A stretch of DNA of 64,000 nucleotides from the NCBI RefSeq assembly GCF_009914755.1, contig NC_060938.1, one strand, 5' to 3'. Position 1 is the first letter of the stretch; each line of letters opens with the position of its first letter. The position numbers and the translations under genes were made by a program. The notes below the pieces were generated by a model. That model made no database searches, was not told where the DNA came from, and saw only the letters and a list, made by a program, of their open reading frames with translations. This document shows, piece by piece, positions 1-14,927 of this stretch. Origin of the DNA: the human T2T-CHM13v2.0 reference genome, Homo sapiens.

Positions 1-909
1 TCTGACTGCTTTGCCTTGGGCCCTTGAACCAAAAGACACTGCGCACTACAAGCTGTGGGCCATTCCTAAGCTTAGTTACCGGGCATGTCAGCTCAACTGT
101 GGGGAAAAAGGTGGTGAAATAAAAACATCCAGAGCTGGGGTGTTTTCTCTTGTGCCCTCTTCTTGGTGGTGTTACCATTGGAAAGCTGAGCAATGAGAGA
201 AAAGTATCCAGAAGTTTCTCCATATATAAATCAGTAAAAAGACACATTCTGCTCCTTGAAGAGAGAGAATGTCCTAATTGGTATAAGTACTGCCAGCCAC
301 ATCCTTCCACTCTTTCCTCTTATAAGGGGAAAATTGAGAGAGCTGTTGTGGATGCTATAAACGTGAGACCACTTGCTAATTGAGGACAACCTGAAGCTAA
401 TAAATGGGCTGAGTAAACATTTCTTCGCAAAAAGTATTATGACCAAGGTCTTTTAACCTTAAGTGACCTGAAGAAATGTCCCAAAGGGCAAACTGAAAGT
501 GATCATGTACCCTTTAAAAGTGACTTTCAAACTTTTTCAGAACTTGCGCCAGGCAAAAAGCTTAACAACCACACTTGCTCCTAGACACAGCTCATGAAAA
601 TTATTGAAAAGATTAGTCCAGAATTTTCATGCTACCTTATTAGAATGGTTACATCCAGTTATTTGGTCCTTTCTTTTGGCCGATTACATGACAGGGCACG
701 ATTTTTCCCCTGAGATAAATTGTGTGAACATGAGTTCAATTAATTTAATACTCCTAATCTCACTGACCTATTGAGTGGAAACAAAATGACATGTCAGTGC
801 GGATAGGGGAGGGAAATGTAAAGAGTGAGGGAGGTACAAAACAAGTTAACACGTGGATACCAGCATATAATTTGTTTTTGTTTTTTATTTTGTTTTAAGT
901 GCAGATTCT

Positions 910-1220
910 GGCCAGGAACGATGGCTCACAACAGTAGTCCCAACACTTTGGGAGGCTGAGGTGGGCAGATCACTTGAGGCCAAGAGTTTGAAACCAGCCT
1001 GGCCAACACGGTGAAATCTCATCTCTACTAAAAATACAAAAATTAGCTGGGTGTGGTGGTGGGTGCCTGTAATCCCAGCTACTTGGGAGGCTGAGGCAGG
1101 AAAAATTGCTTTATTCTGGGAGGTGGAGGTTGCAGTGAGCCAAGATCGCGCCACTGCACTCCAGCCTGAGCGACGGAACGAGACTCCATCTCAAAAAGAA
1201 CCAAAAAAAACAAAGCAAAA
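910..1220 (+). mobile_element. AluS
   Basis: Full dimeric Alu with A-rich tail. Confidence 0.9.
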
Positions 1221-3145
1221 AGTGTTGTTTCTATTAAATGCCATGAGTGGGGAATTCACGCCGGAGAAACTCATCCCATCTCATCTTATGCTCCAATCCT
1301 TTCTTTCAAGAACCATCTCGTGAGAGTCCTTCATCAAGTGTCCCCTAATGCCCAGAGACAGCAATAAACCCATCTCCCCGATGATAGTCTCTCTCTATCC
1401 TTTTATCAGTTTTATATAACATTTTTATTTCTTGAGGTACTCAACCACCTTATCTCCAGAACCTTTAATATGCTAACATACATTGCTAATCTTTAACAGG
1501 AGGATATAGTGTACCTTTTTTCCCAAACTTATTTAACTAGAAACTTTTTTCTAAAGTGTACCTTGCAGGACTAATGTCCTACCAAACACACTTTGGAAAA
1601 TATGCTTTAGGTTAAGAAGAACTCTTTAACGTTTTTCAGTGCATCTGTTTAATCAGTTATACATCTATCCTACAGTGCTTGTGCAAGTGGATTTTCATGT
1701 CTAAATTCTTTACTTGGGGAAACCAACTACCCAAACATAGTCTGGAAAACAGAGAGGAATGTGGCTTAACAGTAGCACATTCCTTCCCTTATTCGTTCAA
1801 AAGAAAATAAGGAACACCTACCATGAGTCAGGCTCTATGCTAAGTGCTGGGCATACAAAAATGGCCAGGACTCAATTAATTACTTCTGTCAAAGTGCTCA
1901 CTGTTTTCTGGAGGATGTAGACAGAATCATACACTGTACACATTGCCACAGCTATGACTCACATGGTAGTGCTGTATACAACCAGAGTAGCTTCACGTGG
2001 AAGCTTTGAATGTACACATGTAAAGAAACAATACGATATAGTATGATGAGTACAACATTTGAACACTACACAAAATTTACACTCCACACAAAAAGAAATT
2101 TAACTCCATTTGGATATATCAGGGAATATTCATAAAAGAGGAGCTGTATCCTCCTTCCCTCTTCCATGATCACTAACAGTGGTCCAAATGTTTTATTGAC
2201 GTTCTTGTCCCCCAATAACTGAGAATTATTTACCAAAATACTAAAAATTAAAGTATCACTCATCTAGAAATCAACCAAAAAATCCTCCTTTTGCAACACA
2301 ATTTGTATGTTTATAAATATAGGTCTATATAGCTGATAACAATTTGCTACTATATCTTAGGCATCTAAAATCCAATATCAAATAGATACTTGCTTCTCAA
2401 AAGCTGAAGTGAAACGTACGCTCTATGAATGCTTAGGACCTGTATTCACAGATAAGCGGAAATTACTTATTAATATTACGAATGAGAAGAATGTTAAAAA
2501 TGTAAATTGGTTGTTTTCTAAAGCACTTTGGCATCTTCAGCATTTGGAAAAAGAAAATACTTCAAGGTTATTGCTTAATGCTGTAAGTGATTTCTTGGAC
2601 TACTTTAACCTACAGGGTTGGGGAGATGGAGGTAGAAAGGAGTGACATTTAAATGGAGCCAGGCTTGGTGTACCTGCTGTGGACTAATTATTCTTCCGAT
2701 TCCTCGATTGCAGTCACCAACAACTAAATGAAAACAAGCACCTATAACTGACAAGAAAAGAACGTTCAGATCTACAGAAAGAGAAGAATGCAATTTTCCT
2801 TCTGAGGAAGCAATTTTTAAAACTAGAAAGCAACAACCAATGTGTCACCCATGCTGTTTGCCCTGCCAGATACTCCCTCTGACTAAGCCTTCACATTTTC
2901 CCATTTAATATAATGATACATTGTTGTAAACAGTAAAAAACTAGAAAGAACAATCATATAGCCAACAAGGTTTTAATTAAATAAATTATGGCATACCTTC
3001 ATTAAAAAATGGTATTTATGCTCAAAATATAAAATGACAGAAATATTCTTAGAATATAATATAAAAATATGAAATTGTATAACATAAATCATGACAATCC
3101 TATAAATGGGATTTTAAACACAGAAACTAAAGACTATAAGGAGGG

Positions 3146-3275
3146 GCAGGCATGGTGGCTCACACCTGTAGCCCTAGCACTTTGGGAGGCTAAGGCAAGA
3201 AGATCATTTGAGCTCCCTAGGAGTCTGAGACCAGCCTGGGTGACATAGTGAGAACTCGTCTCCATAAATAAAAAT
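3146..3275 (+). mobile_element. FLAM/Alu left monomer
   Basis: ggcaggcatggtggctcacacctgtag...gagaactcgtctcc followed by an A-rich tail. Confidence 0.8.
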
Positions 3276-3420
3276 TAAATAAGTAAATACTATAAGGAAA
3301 TATATCAACATAATTGTGATTATCACTGGGGATATAGTTATTAGTGATTTTAACTTCTTTGCTACGCTTTTCTCCATTTTTCAAATTAAGTTGGATTGGT
3401 TTCATTTTCTTATCATTATC

Positions 3421-3650
3421 TTTTTTTTTTTTTGAGACGGAGTCTCACTCTGTCGCCCAGGCTGGAGTGCAGTGGTGCGATCTCAGCTCACTACAAGCTC
3501 CGCCTCCTGGGTTCACACCAAGACAGGCTCTCCCTGTGTTGCTCAGGGTAGTCTTGAACTCCGTGTTCAAGTGACCCTCCTGTCTCCACCTCTCAAAGTG
3601 CTGGGATTACAGCACTTTGAGAGCCACACTGAGCACTTTGAGAGCCACAT
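3421..3650 (-). mobile_element. Chimeric Alu: AluY-type 3' fragment abutting an old left monomer with a rearranged 5' end
   Basis: caagctccgcctcc...ggttcacacca (AluY-like) jumps at about 3520 to a diverged left-arm sequence. Confidence 0.8.
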
Positions 3651-4070
3651 TGGTTTTAAAATAAAGAAAAAATAATATCCTCTTTAAGATACTTCCTTCT
3701 TATTTTATTTTTCCTTCAGAGGGCACTGTTTTAGGGCCTTAAATAGTAAACAGAATATTCTATTTCATATCATCCTTTCCCGAGAATATTTGTCAGCAGT
3801 TCTGTAAACAGAAGATCTAGTTTAAACACTGCAGACCTGAGATGCATACTTAGGGTTACATCACAGCATATACAGCACCAACTAGATTTTCCCAATATAT
3901 TATTGTTACCTATAGCAAAGATAAAAATCTATTCCTAAGCATGTGGCTGTGCTATAATGATTCCTCTCTTAAGCTCGATGGTTTGATTCCCAAGGCTGAA
4001 AATATCAGTAACCTCTCTTGGTTACAGATATCACCAAATGCAAACATAAAAATAAACTGTGAATGGGATC

Positions 4071-4460
4071 TGATGTGGTTTGGATCTGTGTCCCCGCCCA
4101 AATTTCATGTAAATTGTAATCCCAGTGTTGGTGGGGCCTGGTGGGAGGTGACTGGATCTTAAAGGCAGATTTCCCACTTGGTGCTGTTCTCATGACAGAG
4201 TTCTCACAAGATCTGGTTATTTAAAAGTGTGTGGCGCCGCCTACCTCTCTCTCTTGCTCCTGCTCCAGCAATGTGAAGATGCCTGCTCCTGCTTTGCCCT
4301 CTGCCATGAGCCAAAGCTCCCTGAGGCCTCCCCAGAAGTAGATGCTGCCATGCTTCCTGTACAGCCTATTAAACCATAAGCCAATTAAACCTCTTTTGTT
4401 TAAAAATTACCCAGTCTCAAATATTTCTTCATAGCAATGTGAGGACAGACTAACAATACA
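4071..4460 (+). mobile_element. MST (MaLR) solo LTR
   Basis: TGATGTGGTTTGGATCTGTGTCCCC...ACTAACAATACA; 5-bp TSD GGATC (4066-4070, 4461-4465). Confidence 0.88.
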
Positions 4461-7400
4461 GGATCTGAATGGATGCCCAACAGAAAGAGCCCTGCACTAG
4501 GTAGAAGTCAGGCCACCAAGGCTCTAGTCCTGGTTATGCTACTAAAATAGCTGTGTGACCTCGGTAAATTATAACTCAGAGTGTCGGTTTCCACATATGT
4601 AAAATTAGGGAATTCAAGGATCTACTTGCCTAAGGACTCTTCTGATAAAAGAACAAATGGCATCTGCAAATGAGTAAATATTATGGAGTCACATATAGAA
4701 TGGAGTGATACTTCGGTTAACATAAACAGCTATGAAAATATTCTCCAAGGGTCCAGAGTCTACAATCCACAAGCCCCTCGTCTTCCATTAGCTAAATGTA
4801 TGAGTTTCTGAAAATTATCTCATATCTTTGGACCACTGTAAAACAAGGCAGGTGGAATAGATGATCTCCAAGTCCCTTCTAATGCTAGATTTTATTATTT
4901 GGGATTCAAAGAAGAGTCTAGATAGGACAAAGAGAAACCAAGTTTAAAAAATGACTAAAGTAAACATTAAATTCTCTGACTTCCCTTGTTTTTATACAGG
5001 ATTAGATTTTATTTAATTGTGCTATTTGGTAGAGGGTTAAGTGAGAGTAACAACTATATTCTAGTAGATGGTAGGATATCAATTATTTCTTTTAAAAAAG
5101 CATTATGATTAGGTTAAAATAAGGCAGACTCCAAGTCCATAGACCTATTAAACACCATTATGTATTTATTGTCTAGCACAGCGGGAAGAAGTCAACTGGG
5201 ATACACAGCATTTCAGTTACTTTTAAGGCTGTCCAAATGCTGTGGCAAGATTTCATTGTACTGAGTAAGTGTCAAAAGGAATCCCAGGTACGTAGCAATT
5301 CAAAAGACACATTCCTTGCTCATATAAATTAGAAACAATTATGCTTTCCACCTGTAGTTTGAGTACTGAATGATATAATAATTTTCAAAGATATGGGTAA
5401 TATATAAAGATGTGGTCCCAAAGTCTTTCATCACACCTCTTTTTATCCTACACACAATTCAGGTTAAAAATACTGCCTACATTTTTATTTTGATCATAAC
5501 TCAGGACACCGCTGCACTGTGGCCTGGCAATAGCTTTCCTTCCTGCACATGTGCTATGTGTATACCACACTCAGGAGTTGAACAGCTTTGTCATAAACAA
5601 GGACTGATTTGAGCATTAGTTGTGCTGACTATCACAGACCTGGCAATTCACTGAGATTAGATCAACAGTACAACATTACAAAACCATCATCAAGGCTTGA
5701 CAATATTGGTGATTTACCAAAGCCACCAAAATGGTACTTGGCCAATATCAATGCCCTCACTATAATATACCTAATTTTTTTTTTGAGGTGTGAGTCAACA
5801 TGCCCAGCCAATATACCTAAATTAAGGGCTTTTGTGGAATTTATTTAATTATACATATAATATTTATCCTTTAATTTCTATTTGTGATACTAGATAAACA
5901 TTGCAACTGTATATTTTACATTACAAGTTTTTGAGTCATTGAAAGACATTTGTTACAAGGAGTTATGTATAGGTATGTAATTACGTATTTTTGCATAATT
6001 ATATAATACATGCAATGTACCATAAAAATAGGAGGCTACTGGCACATTGATTTCCACAAGTTACTATGTTCAATTATAGCAAAAAGCCTACACGAACATG
6101 TCAACCTGATTCTGCTTAACAAACATTTACAAAGTAGCTGCTAGGTACAGGGCACAGGAAAACATTCAGGGCATTCTTTAATCACTTCCTTGCCCTCAAG
6201 GGGCTTACAAGGACATTTTAGTTTCCCTTGCACTTAAAACACTTAGGTCAATGGTTCATTTTTTATAGAGTTCTTGGTAAGAGGTTTTGCTGGAAGTTAA
6301 GGAACTATATTTTTGCTACCAGCCTGTGTTTGGAAAGAGGACTATGGAACTGATCTTATTTGAAAGAAAATAGCCAGGATCTACTTGAAAATACTGAAAT
6401 CTATGTTTCTACAACATAAATATTACGTGGCTATTGCTTGCCCATCCCCAGCCTGGTTCTGAGAGCACTGGGTTCACCTAGGGAAAAGGAAAAAGAAGAA
6501 AGTGATAGAGATAGAATTTGTTATACGTAAACAGCGCTAGGTTAGACTGGACAAAGAATAACAACCAGGCCCCAAGCATGTCACAAACATATCTTATTAA
6601 CACTTCAAAGAGGGCATTTTTATCCTCATTTAACAAATGAGGCTCAAAGGGCTTAGGAAATTTGCCTGAGGTCACACAGCCATGTTGCAGCAGAACCAGG
6701 ATTCTAATCAAGGGATGTCTCACTCCAAACACCACAAATTTCCACTCATCAGCTGCCTCTACGAAAAGATGATAGATACCTATGCAGGTACCTACCATTT
6801 GATCAAAACAAATATCTTTGACTTTAACTTTAATGCTGCACAAAGCGTTATGAGCACCTTTTCAGTTTTTTCTTTTTAAACTTCCTCTATAGTTAGATCC
6901 TTATCTTTGACTTCTAGTGCTTTTTTTTCTTTAGTCAATGGCGAAAGCTCGAAAGAGTGTGTAACACTTACTAACTGTTGGCACAAAGTTGAAATAGGTT
7001 TCCAATTGTTCTTTCTTACTTGTATAAGCATAAAATCCAATCCCTTCATTGATCGAAAGCAAAGTCAGGTTTCAAGAGCACAAAGACCAGGTCTCTAACT
7101 GACTGCTACATTCAATTGTCTTGTCTCAAATAACATAAACTAACATATGGAAACCTCAAAACTAAAGATCTGGTCAGGAAGCCAGAAGTGGACTTCAACC
7201 AACATAATTTTTCATTCCAGTTTTAGATGGTGGTGGAATTAGTTTGGTAAGATGGAATATACTGACACTCAGAGGCTATATCAAATTGTCATAAAGAGAA
7301 GAGACTATTAGAAGCATAAGGACTAGGAGAAGCCAAATATCTTTCAGTCAAGAAGCAATGAGAATGTGATTCTCAGATAAGAAACCTAAGAATTCAACAA

Positions 7401-7599
7401 GCAAAAACTCATACAAGAAAAGTTATGTTACAATCTGTGTTTAGACAACTGGAAGGTACTTTTGTTTATTGTGTGGTAAATACAACCATCCCTATAAAAA
7501 CAGAAATGCCTGTTCATCTCCTTACTTCCCAGTCAATAGGCATTTGTCTTTAAGAAATGCCCAAACCAATGGATTAAAAAATATTATGTTGTTTAAGCC

Positions 7600-7762
7600 G
7601 AGGGATGCCTAATATTTCTGGCAACCACCACAAGTTAGGAAAGAGACATAGAATAAATTCTCCCTTAGTGCCTCCAGAAGGAACCAGCCCTGCCAACACA
7701 TTGATTTTGGACTTCTAGCCTCCAGAGCTGTAAGACAATATATTTTCTGTTGTTTGAAGCCA
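7600..7762 (+). mobile_element. MLT1 LTR fragment
   Basis: cctccagaaggaaccagccctgccaacacattgattttggacttctagcctccagagctgtaag. Confidence 0.75.
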
Positions 7763-7925
7763 GAAAGATATCATGTTATTTGGCAAGAATTTTATTTCTG
7801 AGAGTGAAGCATAAGCTACATTAAATTGTGTTATTTCGATGTGTTAATACAAAGAGATTTTTCAACTCTAAAGTAAATACAAGTCAATATGACCCATTAT
7901 TCTGCATGTTAAGCATTACTTTCTG

Positions 7926-7926
<1 letters not shown>

Positions 7927-7979
<53 letters not shown>
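7927..7979. repeat. (CT)n(GT)n compound microsatellite at an Alu tail
   Basis: Seen directly. Confidence 0.95.
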
Positions 7980-7980
<1 letters not shown>

Positions 7981-7982
7981 AT

Positions 7983-8288
7983 TTTGCTTTGTTTTATTTT
8001 TGAGACACAGTCTGACTCTGTTGCCCAGGCTAGAATGTAGTGGTGTGATCATGGCTCACTGCAGCCTTGACCTCCGCCACCAGGCTCAGGTGATCCTCCC
8101 ACCTCAGTCTCCAGGTAGCTGGGACTACAAGCACGCACCATTACGCTCAGCTAATTTTTTGGTATTTTCTGTGGAGATGGGGTTTCGCCATGTTGCCCAG
8201 GCTGGTCTCAAATTGCTGAGCTCAAGCGATCTGCTACCTCAGCCTCCCAAAATGCTGGGATTACATGTGTGAGCCACTGCACCTGGCC
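7983..8288 (-). mobile_element. AluJ
   Basis: Dimeric Alu with J-type features (gcagccttgacctcc, ctcaagcgatc). Confidence 0.88.
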
Positions 8289-8331
8289 CTGCATTATGAT
8301 TTCTTGGTTAGCACAAATTCATAATCTAAAT

Positions 8332-8535
8332 GATGCTGTTCAATACAGTAAAAGCATTAGCCACCTGTGGCTACTTAAATTAATTAAAACTAAATAAAAT
8401 TAAAAATTCATTTCCTCAATTCCTCAGCCACATTTCAAGCACTCAACAGTCGCATGTGGCCAGTAGCTACTGTATCGAACAGGACTGATGCAGGACGTTT
8501 CCATCAATGCAGAAAGGTGTGCCGGAAAGTGCTGG
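8332..8535. mobile_element. MER3-like hAT DNA transposon
   Basis: tagccacctgtggctac...cagccacatttcaagcactcaacagtcgcatgtggccagtagctac. Confidence 0.7.
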
Positions 8536-9370
8536 GTTAGAGGGATGAGATACGAGAACTATCACTTCCGTTTAAAGAAACTCCTGGCTTCTCATCCAAC
8601 ACTGACTCATAACACTCACATAATAACAGCTATACTCCACAGTCTCATAAATATCACTTTCTTTGATTTACAACCTAGAAAAACCAAACAATTGGCACTT
8701 TATTATGCACAGTGGCAGGTCAGCATCTAGTTTGGAGACGATATTGTCCTTTCTGTTGGCAACTGTTATCTTGTGCAGTTCCATTTGTCTGGATTAGAAC
8801 ACAGTTGTGGTGAGAAAATGGAAAACATGATGTTCCCCCTTCAGCAATGATCCCGATTTACCCAGTGTTCCTTTTGGGATTGTTCCTATGTGACCATGAA
8901 GCGCATTTCATACCAACCGTAATCCTACACTTGCAAACAACCATCATAACTCAAGATAATAAAAGGATTGATCCTAGATAGAGGAAAGCTGTGAACTGCC
9001 GCAGGTCCAATATTCTCTCATTGAGATATATTGTGTTAAAACATTGTGTTAAATAACCATTAAGTAACAGTTATTAAAAAAAAAAAAAAAGTCCACCCAG
9101 GAGGCAGACAATCAATATTCCATTGGGTGCCTATAGCCCTTAAAATAGGTTTAGAGTCTTTTTTAACTATATTATAGGGCTTCAAAGTTCTTATGATTAA
9201 TTCCTCAATTATATGTATTCTATTTAACTTATATTTATTTATATTTATCCTATTCTAATTATTTCATTCTACCTAATTCTTGCCTGAATTGAAGTCTCCA
9301 AATTCATTTGAGAATTATTTGAATAATTTTTCTCAAAACCAATGCCTTTAGCATTATGTTAAAACTTTTA

Positions 9371-9680
9371 GGCTTAGTGCAGTGGCATACAACTGTAATC
9401 CCAGCACTTTGGGAGGCTGAGGCAGGAGAATCACTTGAGGCCAGGAGTTCAAGACCAGCTGGGCAACATAGTGAGACCCTGTCTCTACAAAAAAAAAAAA
9501 AAAAAACAACTTTAAATTATCCAGGCATGGTGGTGCATGCCTGTAGTCCCAGCTAACTTGAGAGGCTAAGACAGGAGGATTGATTGAGCCCAGGAGTTAG
9601 AGGCTGCAGTGAGCTATGATTGGGCCTCTGTACTTGTGCTTTTGTGACAGAGAAAAACTCTGTTTCTGAAAAGATTAATA
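9371..9680 (+). mobile_element. AluJ
   Basis: Dimeric Alu (gagcccaggagttagaggctgcagtgagctatgat). Confidence 0.88.
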
Positions 9681-11079
9681 AATTAAAAAAATTTTAACTT
9701 TTGAAAGACTTTCATTTTAAACAAGGACTCAGTATTCATAGTATAAGAATGACAAAGAATAAAAATGAAACTAAGTCTTGCTATTAAAGCAACCTAGATT
9801 CCACGACATACATCCTTGAAGATAGCTGCGAGACATGCTTGTTCTGTGTTAACATGGAAACTGGATCCATCCTGTGATTGTTTTTTAACTTCTCTACTTA
9901 CAATAAGCATATGCAATATGTTATAATGCTTAGAGCATAAATATAAGGAAAAACAATAAAGTGCATTACTGTGGCTACAACTATGACAAGAACTCTGACC
10001 TAAGCAAAAATAAATGGAAATTATTTCTTAAATTTGCAGCAGCCTGTGTGCAGTGCATGGCTCTTTGAGACACACAGGCCCTGAGACAGACTTACAGCCA
10101 GAGAAGATCTGGTGGTTTCTCATTAGGCCCCTGGCAGTGAGTATTTCAGAAAATTAAGTAGTTTATGGAGCACATACTCTTGAGACATTCCCTTGCTTGA
10201 TTAGATGAGGCAAAAATACAATGTGGATGTGAATTCTAAACAGATGGGGAAAATAACCATAGAAAAGGAACTGCTGGCTTTGGCCAAATTGTTAAAGGTT
10301 CTCCTAATGGGCTAGCAGAATATGCTTCGTGGAGAAAGAAGTTAGAGGGGATCTGGCCACTACAAACAAAAAGCCAAAGTTAAATGCCCCACCACTGGGA
10401 AGGAGGGAGAAGATGATAATCAGAGAGAAAAACAAGGGGTGTTTCAGAGTTGCTGGTAATCTATTTCTTGACTAGTGATGACTAAACACGTTTGCACACT
10501 TTTAATAATTCAGCAAACTCTACACTTATAATTTGTGCACCTTTCCATATATATGTTACATTTAAATTTTTTTAAAGGAAAGGAAGTTAAATGCCGGACT
10601 CCCTAACTGAGATTCATATAGACTAACCTCAGAATCTGTGGGTTTCTGTGAAAGAAGTAACAAAAAGGAATTTGTTCAATGTTAACACTAAGGCATATCA
10701 TTGAGTGAGACACATGTTGTTGTGGTGACATTTCATCTTATCGGGTCCGTTTGTGAACATTCTGTTGTGGCATTAGTCCAAACTCATTGCTGCATACTAA
10801 ACAAGATGCTCTCTGTTTGACTGTTTGGTACTAACCAATGCTGTTGTCTGTCAGCAGGCAGATATAGAGGACCTCATAGATACACAGCACTGTCTGCACT
10901 GGCCATTGTGGCAAGAGAAGTATTCTGCACACAGTGAGATTAAAATGACTTGTGGATTTTTTTCACAAGTAACAAGTATAAAATAATACAATTCATACTA
11001 AATTATAAGTGCTAAAGGAAGAAGGACTAAACACCTATATTATTTTAATTAAAGAGGATCTCCAAGAATTGGCAACGGT

Positions 11080-11376
11080 CTTTGTTTTTTATCTTGAGAC
11101 AGGGTCTCTCTCTGTTGCCCAGGCTGGAATGCAGTGATGAAAACACAGCTTACCGCAGTCTCCATACTTGGGCTCAAGCAATCCTCCTGTCTCAGACTCC
11201 TGAGTAGCTGGGACCACTGGTGCATGCCACCACACTCTGCTAATTTCTAAAATTTTTGTAGAGATGGGATCTTGCTATATTGCCCAGGCTGGTCTTAAAC
11301 TCCTGTGCTTGGGTGATCCTCCCACCTCAGCCTCCCAAAGTTCTAGGATTACAGGCATGAGCCACTGCACCAGCCC
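11080..11376 (-). mobile_element. AluJ
   Basis: Dimeric Alu. Confidence 0.85.
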
Positions 11377-11379
11377 ACG

Positions 11380-11705
11380 GGGAGTAATTTATAAAGAAAA
11401 GAAATTTATTTCTCACAGTTCTGAAGGCTGGTAAGTCCAATACCAAGATGCCAACATCTGTTGAAGGCCTTCCTGCTGCATCATCCCATGGTGGAAGGCA
11501 GAAGGTCAAGAGAGCATACGTGTGAGAATGCAAGAGCAAAAGGGGGCCAAACTTATCCTTTTATCAGGAGCCCACTCTCACGCAAATGCCATTAATCCAT
11601 TCATGAGGGTCTTGCCTCTTAAAGGTCCCACTTTCAAACATTGTTGTATTGGGGATTACGTTTCGCACGTAGGAACTCTGGGGGGACACATTCAAACCAC
11701 AGCAT
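11380..11705 (-). mobile_element. MST-family MaLR LTR, truncated at the adjacent Alu
   Basis: aatttatttctcacagttctgaaggctgg...ggggacacattcaaaccacagca. Confidence 0.8.
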
Positions 11706-12137
11706 AGGGTGAAGGAGAACTTCACAAGCAGAGGAGCTGGAATTCAAAACCCAGCAGCCTGGTTCTGTCTTAACCACTATACTCACAGGAAAGCTGGGAG
11801 AGGACAGCATAGGTTGAAAGTGCAAATTTAAAGGTGTGTCTGAAAAAACAGGCCAAGAATTTTACCTTGCTGGTGATAGACACAGATGAGGTAAAATAGA
11901 AAGACTTTTCAGGCAACTGTTTCTGGAGGGATTGAAAGAGCTTCTGACGCCACTGACTTCCTTGACATGTTCTGTAACTTTAGCTTCCATGGCACTCTTT
12001 TCTTCTATTCTCTCTACCACCCTGATGATTCATCTTTCAAATTCATGTCTCTTTCTTTTCCCTCTCCATTTTCTCTGGCATTTTTCAGGGTTCTGAATGT
12101 GCTCCTTTTCTACCTTTCTGGCTTCTCTCATAGCTAT

Positions 12138-12420
12138 ATTTTTTTTTTTTAAGACAGGGTCTCACTCTGTCACCCAGGCTGGAGTTCATTGGCACAAACA
12201 CACCTCACTGCAGCCTCGACCTCCCCAGGCACAGGTGATCCTCCCACTTCAGCCTCCCGACTAACTGGGACTACAGGCACACACCACCATACCAAGCTAA
12301 TTTTTGTATTTTTTTAGAGATGGGGTTCCACCATGATGCCTAGGCTGGTCCCAAACTCCTGGGCTCAAGCAATCCTCCCGCATCAGCCTCCCAAAGAGTT
12401 GGGTTTACAGGCATGACCCA
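12138..12420 (-). mobile_element. AluJ inside L2-like sequence
   Basis: Dimeric Alu; tagctat-type TSD. Confidence 0.85.
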
Positions 12421-12546
12421 GATAGCTATGATTCTTAACAGGGCTATGAATGGGGGGATCTTTAAGTATTACAGATAAGGATGTTGTTTTAAAATCCCCT
12501 CAGGTGGGCCTGATACACATACCCCACCTTACTGTGTGCACTCGTG

Positions 12547-12575
<29 letters not shown>
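12547..12575. repeat. (CA)n microsatellite
   Basis: Seen directly. Confidence 0.95.
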
Positions 12576-12577
<2 letters not shown>

Positions 12578-13902
12578 ATGCAAACACACAAACACGAGAA
12601 TCACTGGCTGATAAATATGCTGATGACTATCAAACTTTTTTGGACACCCCATCTATTTCCCAACCACCTACTGAACAATTCCAACCTCAGACACATAAAT
12701 CATAGATAACTATTCCCCAGTCCCTCTGTTGACATTCCCTTTCATGCCTAATAGTATCACACCTTAGCTCACAGTCTCTGTGAGGCTCTTTCTCCACTGA
12801 CTTCCCAAATCGAATCTACCACCAAATCCATGTGATTCTCCTTCAAATACAGTCCTCCTTCTCTTTCCCACTGCCACTGCCCTAACTTAAGTTTTCATCT
12901 ACCCTCCTCTAAATAACTGCAACAACCTTCCGACTAGTCCCCTTATGCTAATTCAGCCTCTGTATCACCAATTTATCTCCCCTAAATAGAATCTACACAT
13001 CCCCCCTTGTAAACAAATACCTCATACACCATAAAAAAAAAACCACCAACACCTGCCCTAACCCACCTCTATAACTCCATTACTGTTCCCTGTCTCCTTC
13101 CCCTCCTCCAGACCCTACACATCAATCATGCTAAACCTGTTGTCCCTCTATGAGTGGACAATAAGCTTTCATGCTTCCGTTCCACTACAAGTGCTACTTC
13201 CTCTGCCTACATGTTCTTGTTTGCTCAGAAAACTCCTACTCACCCTTCAATACCCAACATAATTATTTACTTCCTCAGTAAAATCATTCCTGGCTCCCTT
13301 TTCTAGGTCTCACAGTACTGGGAGGCTCCTGCAGGTGCAGGACCCAACTTATACCATGATATCCTCTCATTCCCAAACTCAGTAACTGGCAGCTGGAAAA
13401 AACTCAATACAGTCAATGTTTTTGCTCAGTGAAGACCTGAGAAACATCCCAGGAAGATAAGTAGCTATTGAGATCATCTAATCAAAAAGCTATAAACTAT
13501 GAAAATAATGGTGATCAAAATGGAGAGAGGGAGGTGGGCCACAGAAGTTAGCGACAGTCTTGATGAGGAGTATACAAAATAGAATAAAGATCAGAATAAC
13601 CAATATTTTTGTACTTGTGAGACTTGAAGGTTGATGGTTCATGAATAGTACTAGAGAAATTAGGAACATTTATTCCCTATGATGAGTCCTTTTATATCAA
13701 CTTAAATTATGTAGAAACTATGTGAAAATTATTTCAAATAATTGTAAAATTAAGAGAGCCTCTAAGTAAAATAATTATCCTTACGTCCTCAATGGCAGAG
13801 TTATTACTAGAAATCAAGTATCCTGACACTCAGTACTTTTTCCACTGTAGTATCCTGATTCTTTAGATTTCAAGTTCCGGACTTGAAAGCTGACTGTTTC
13901 AG

Positions 13903-14927
<1,025 letters not shown>

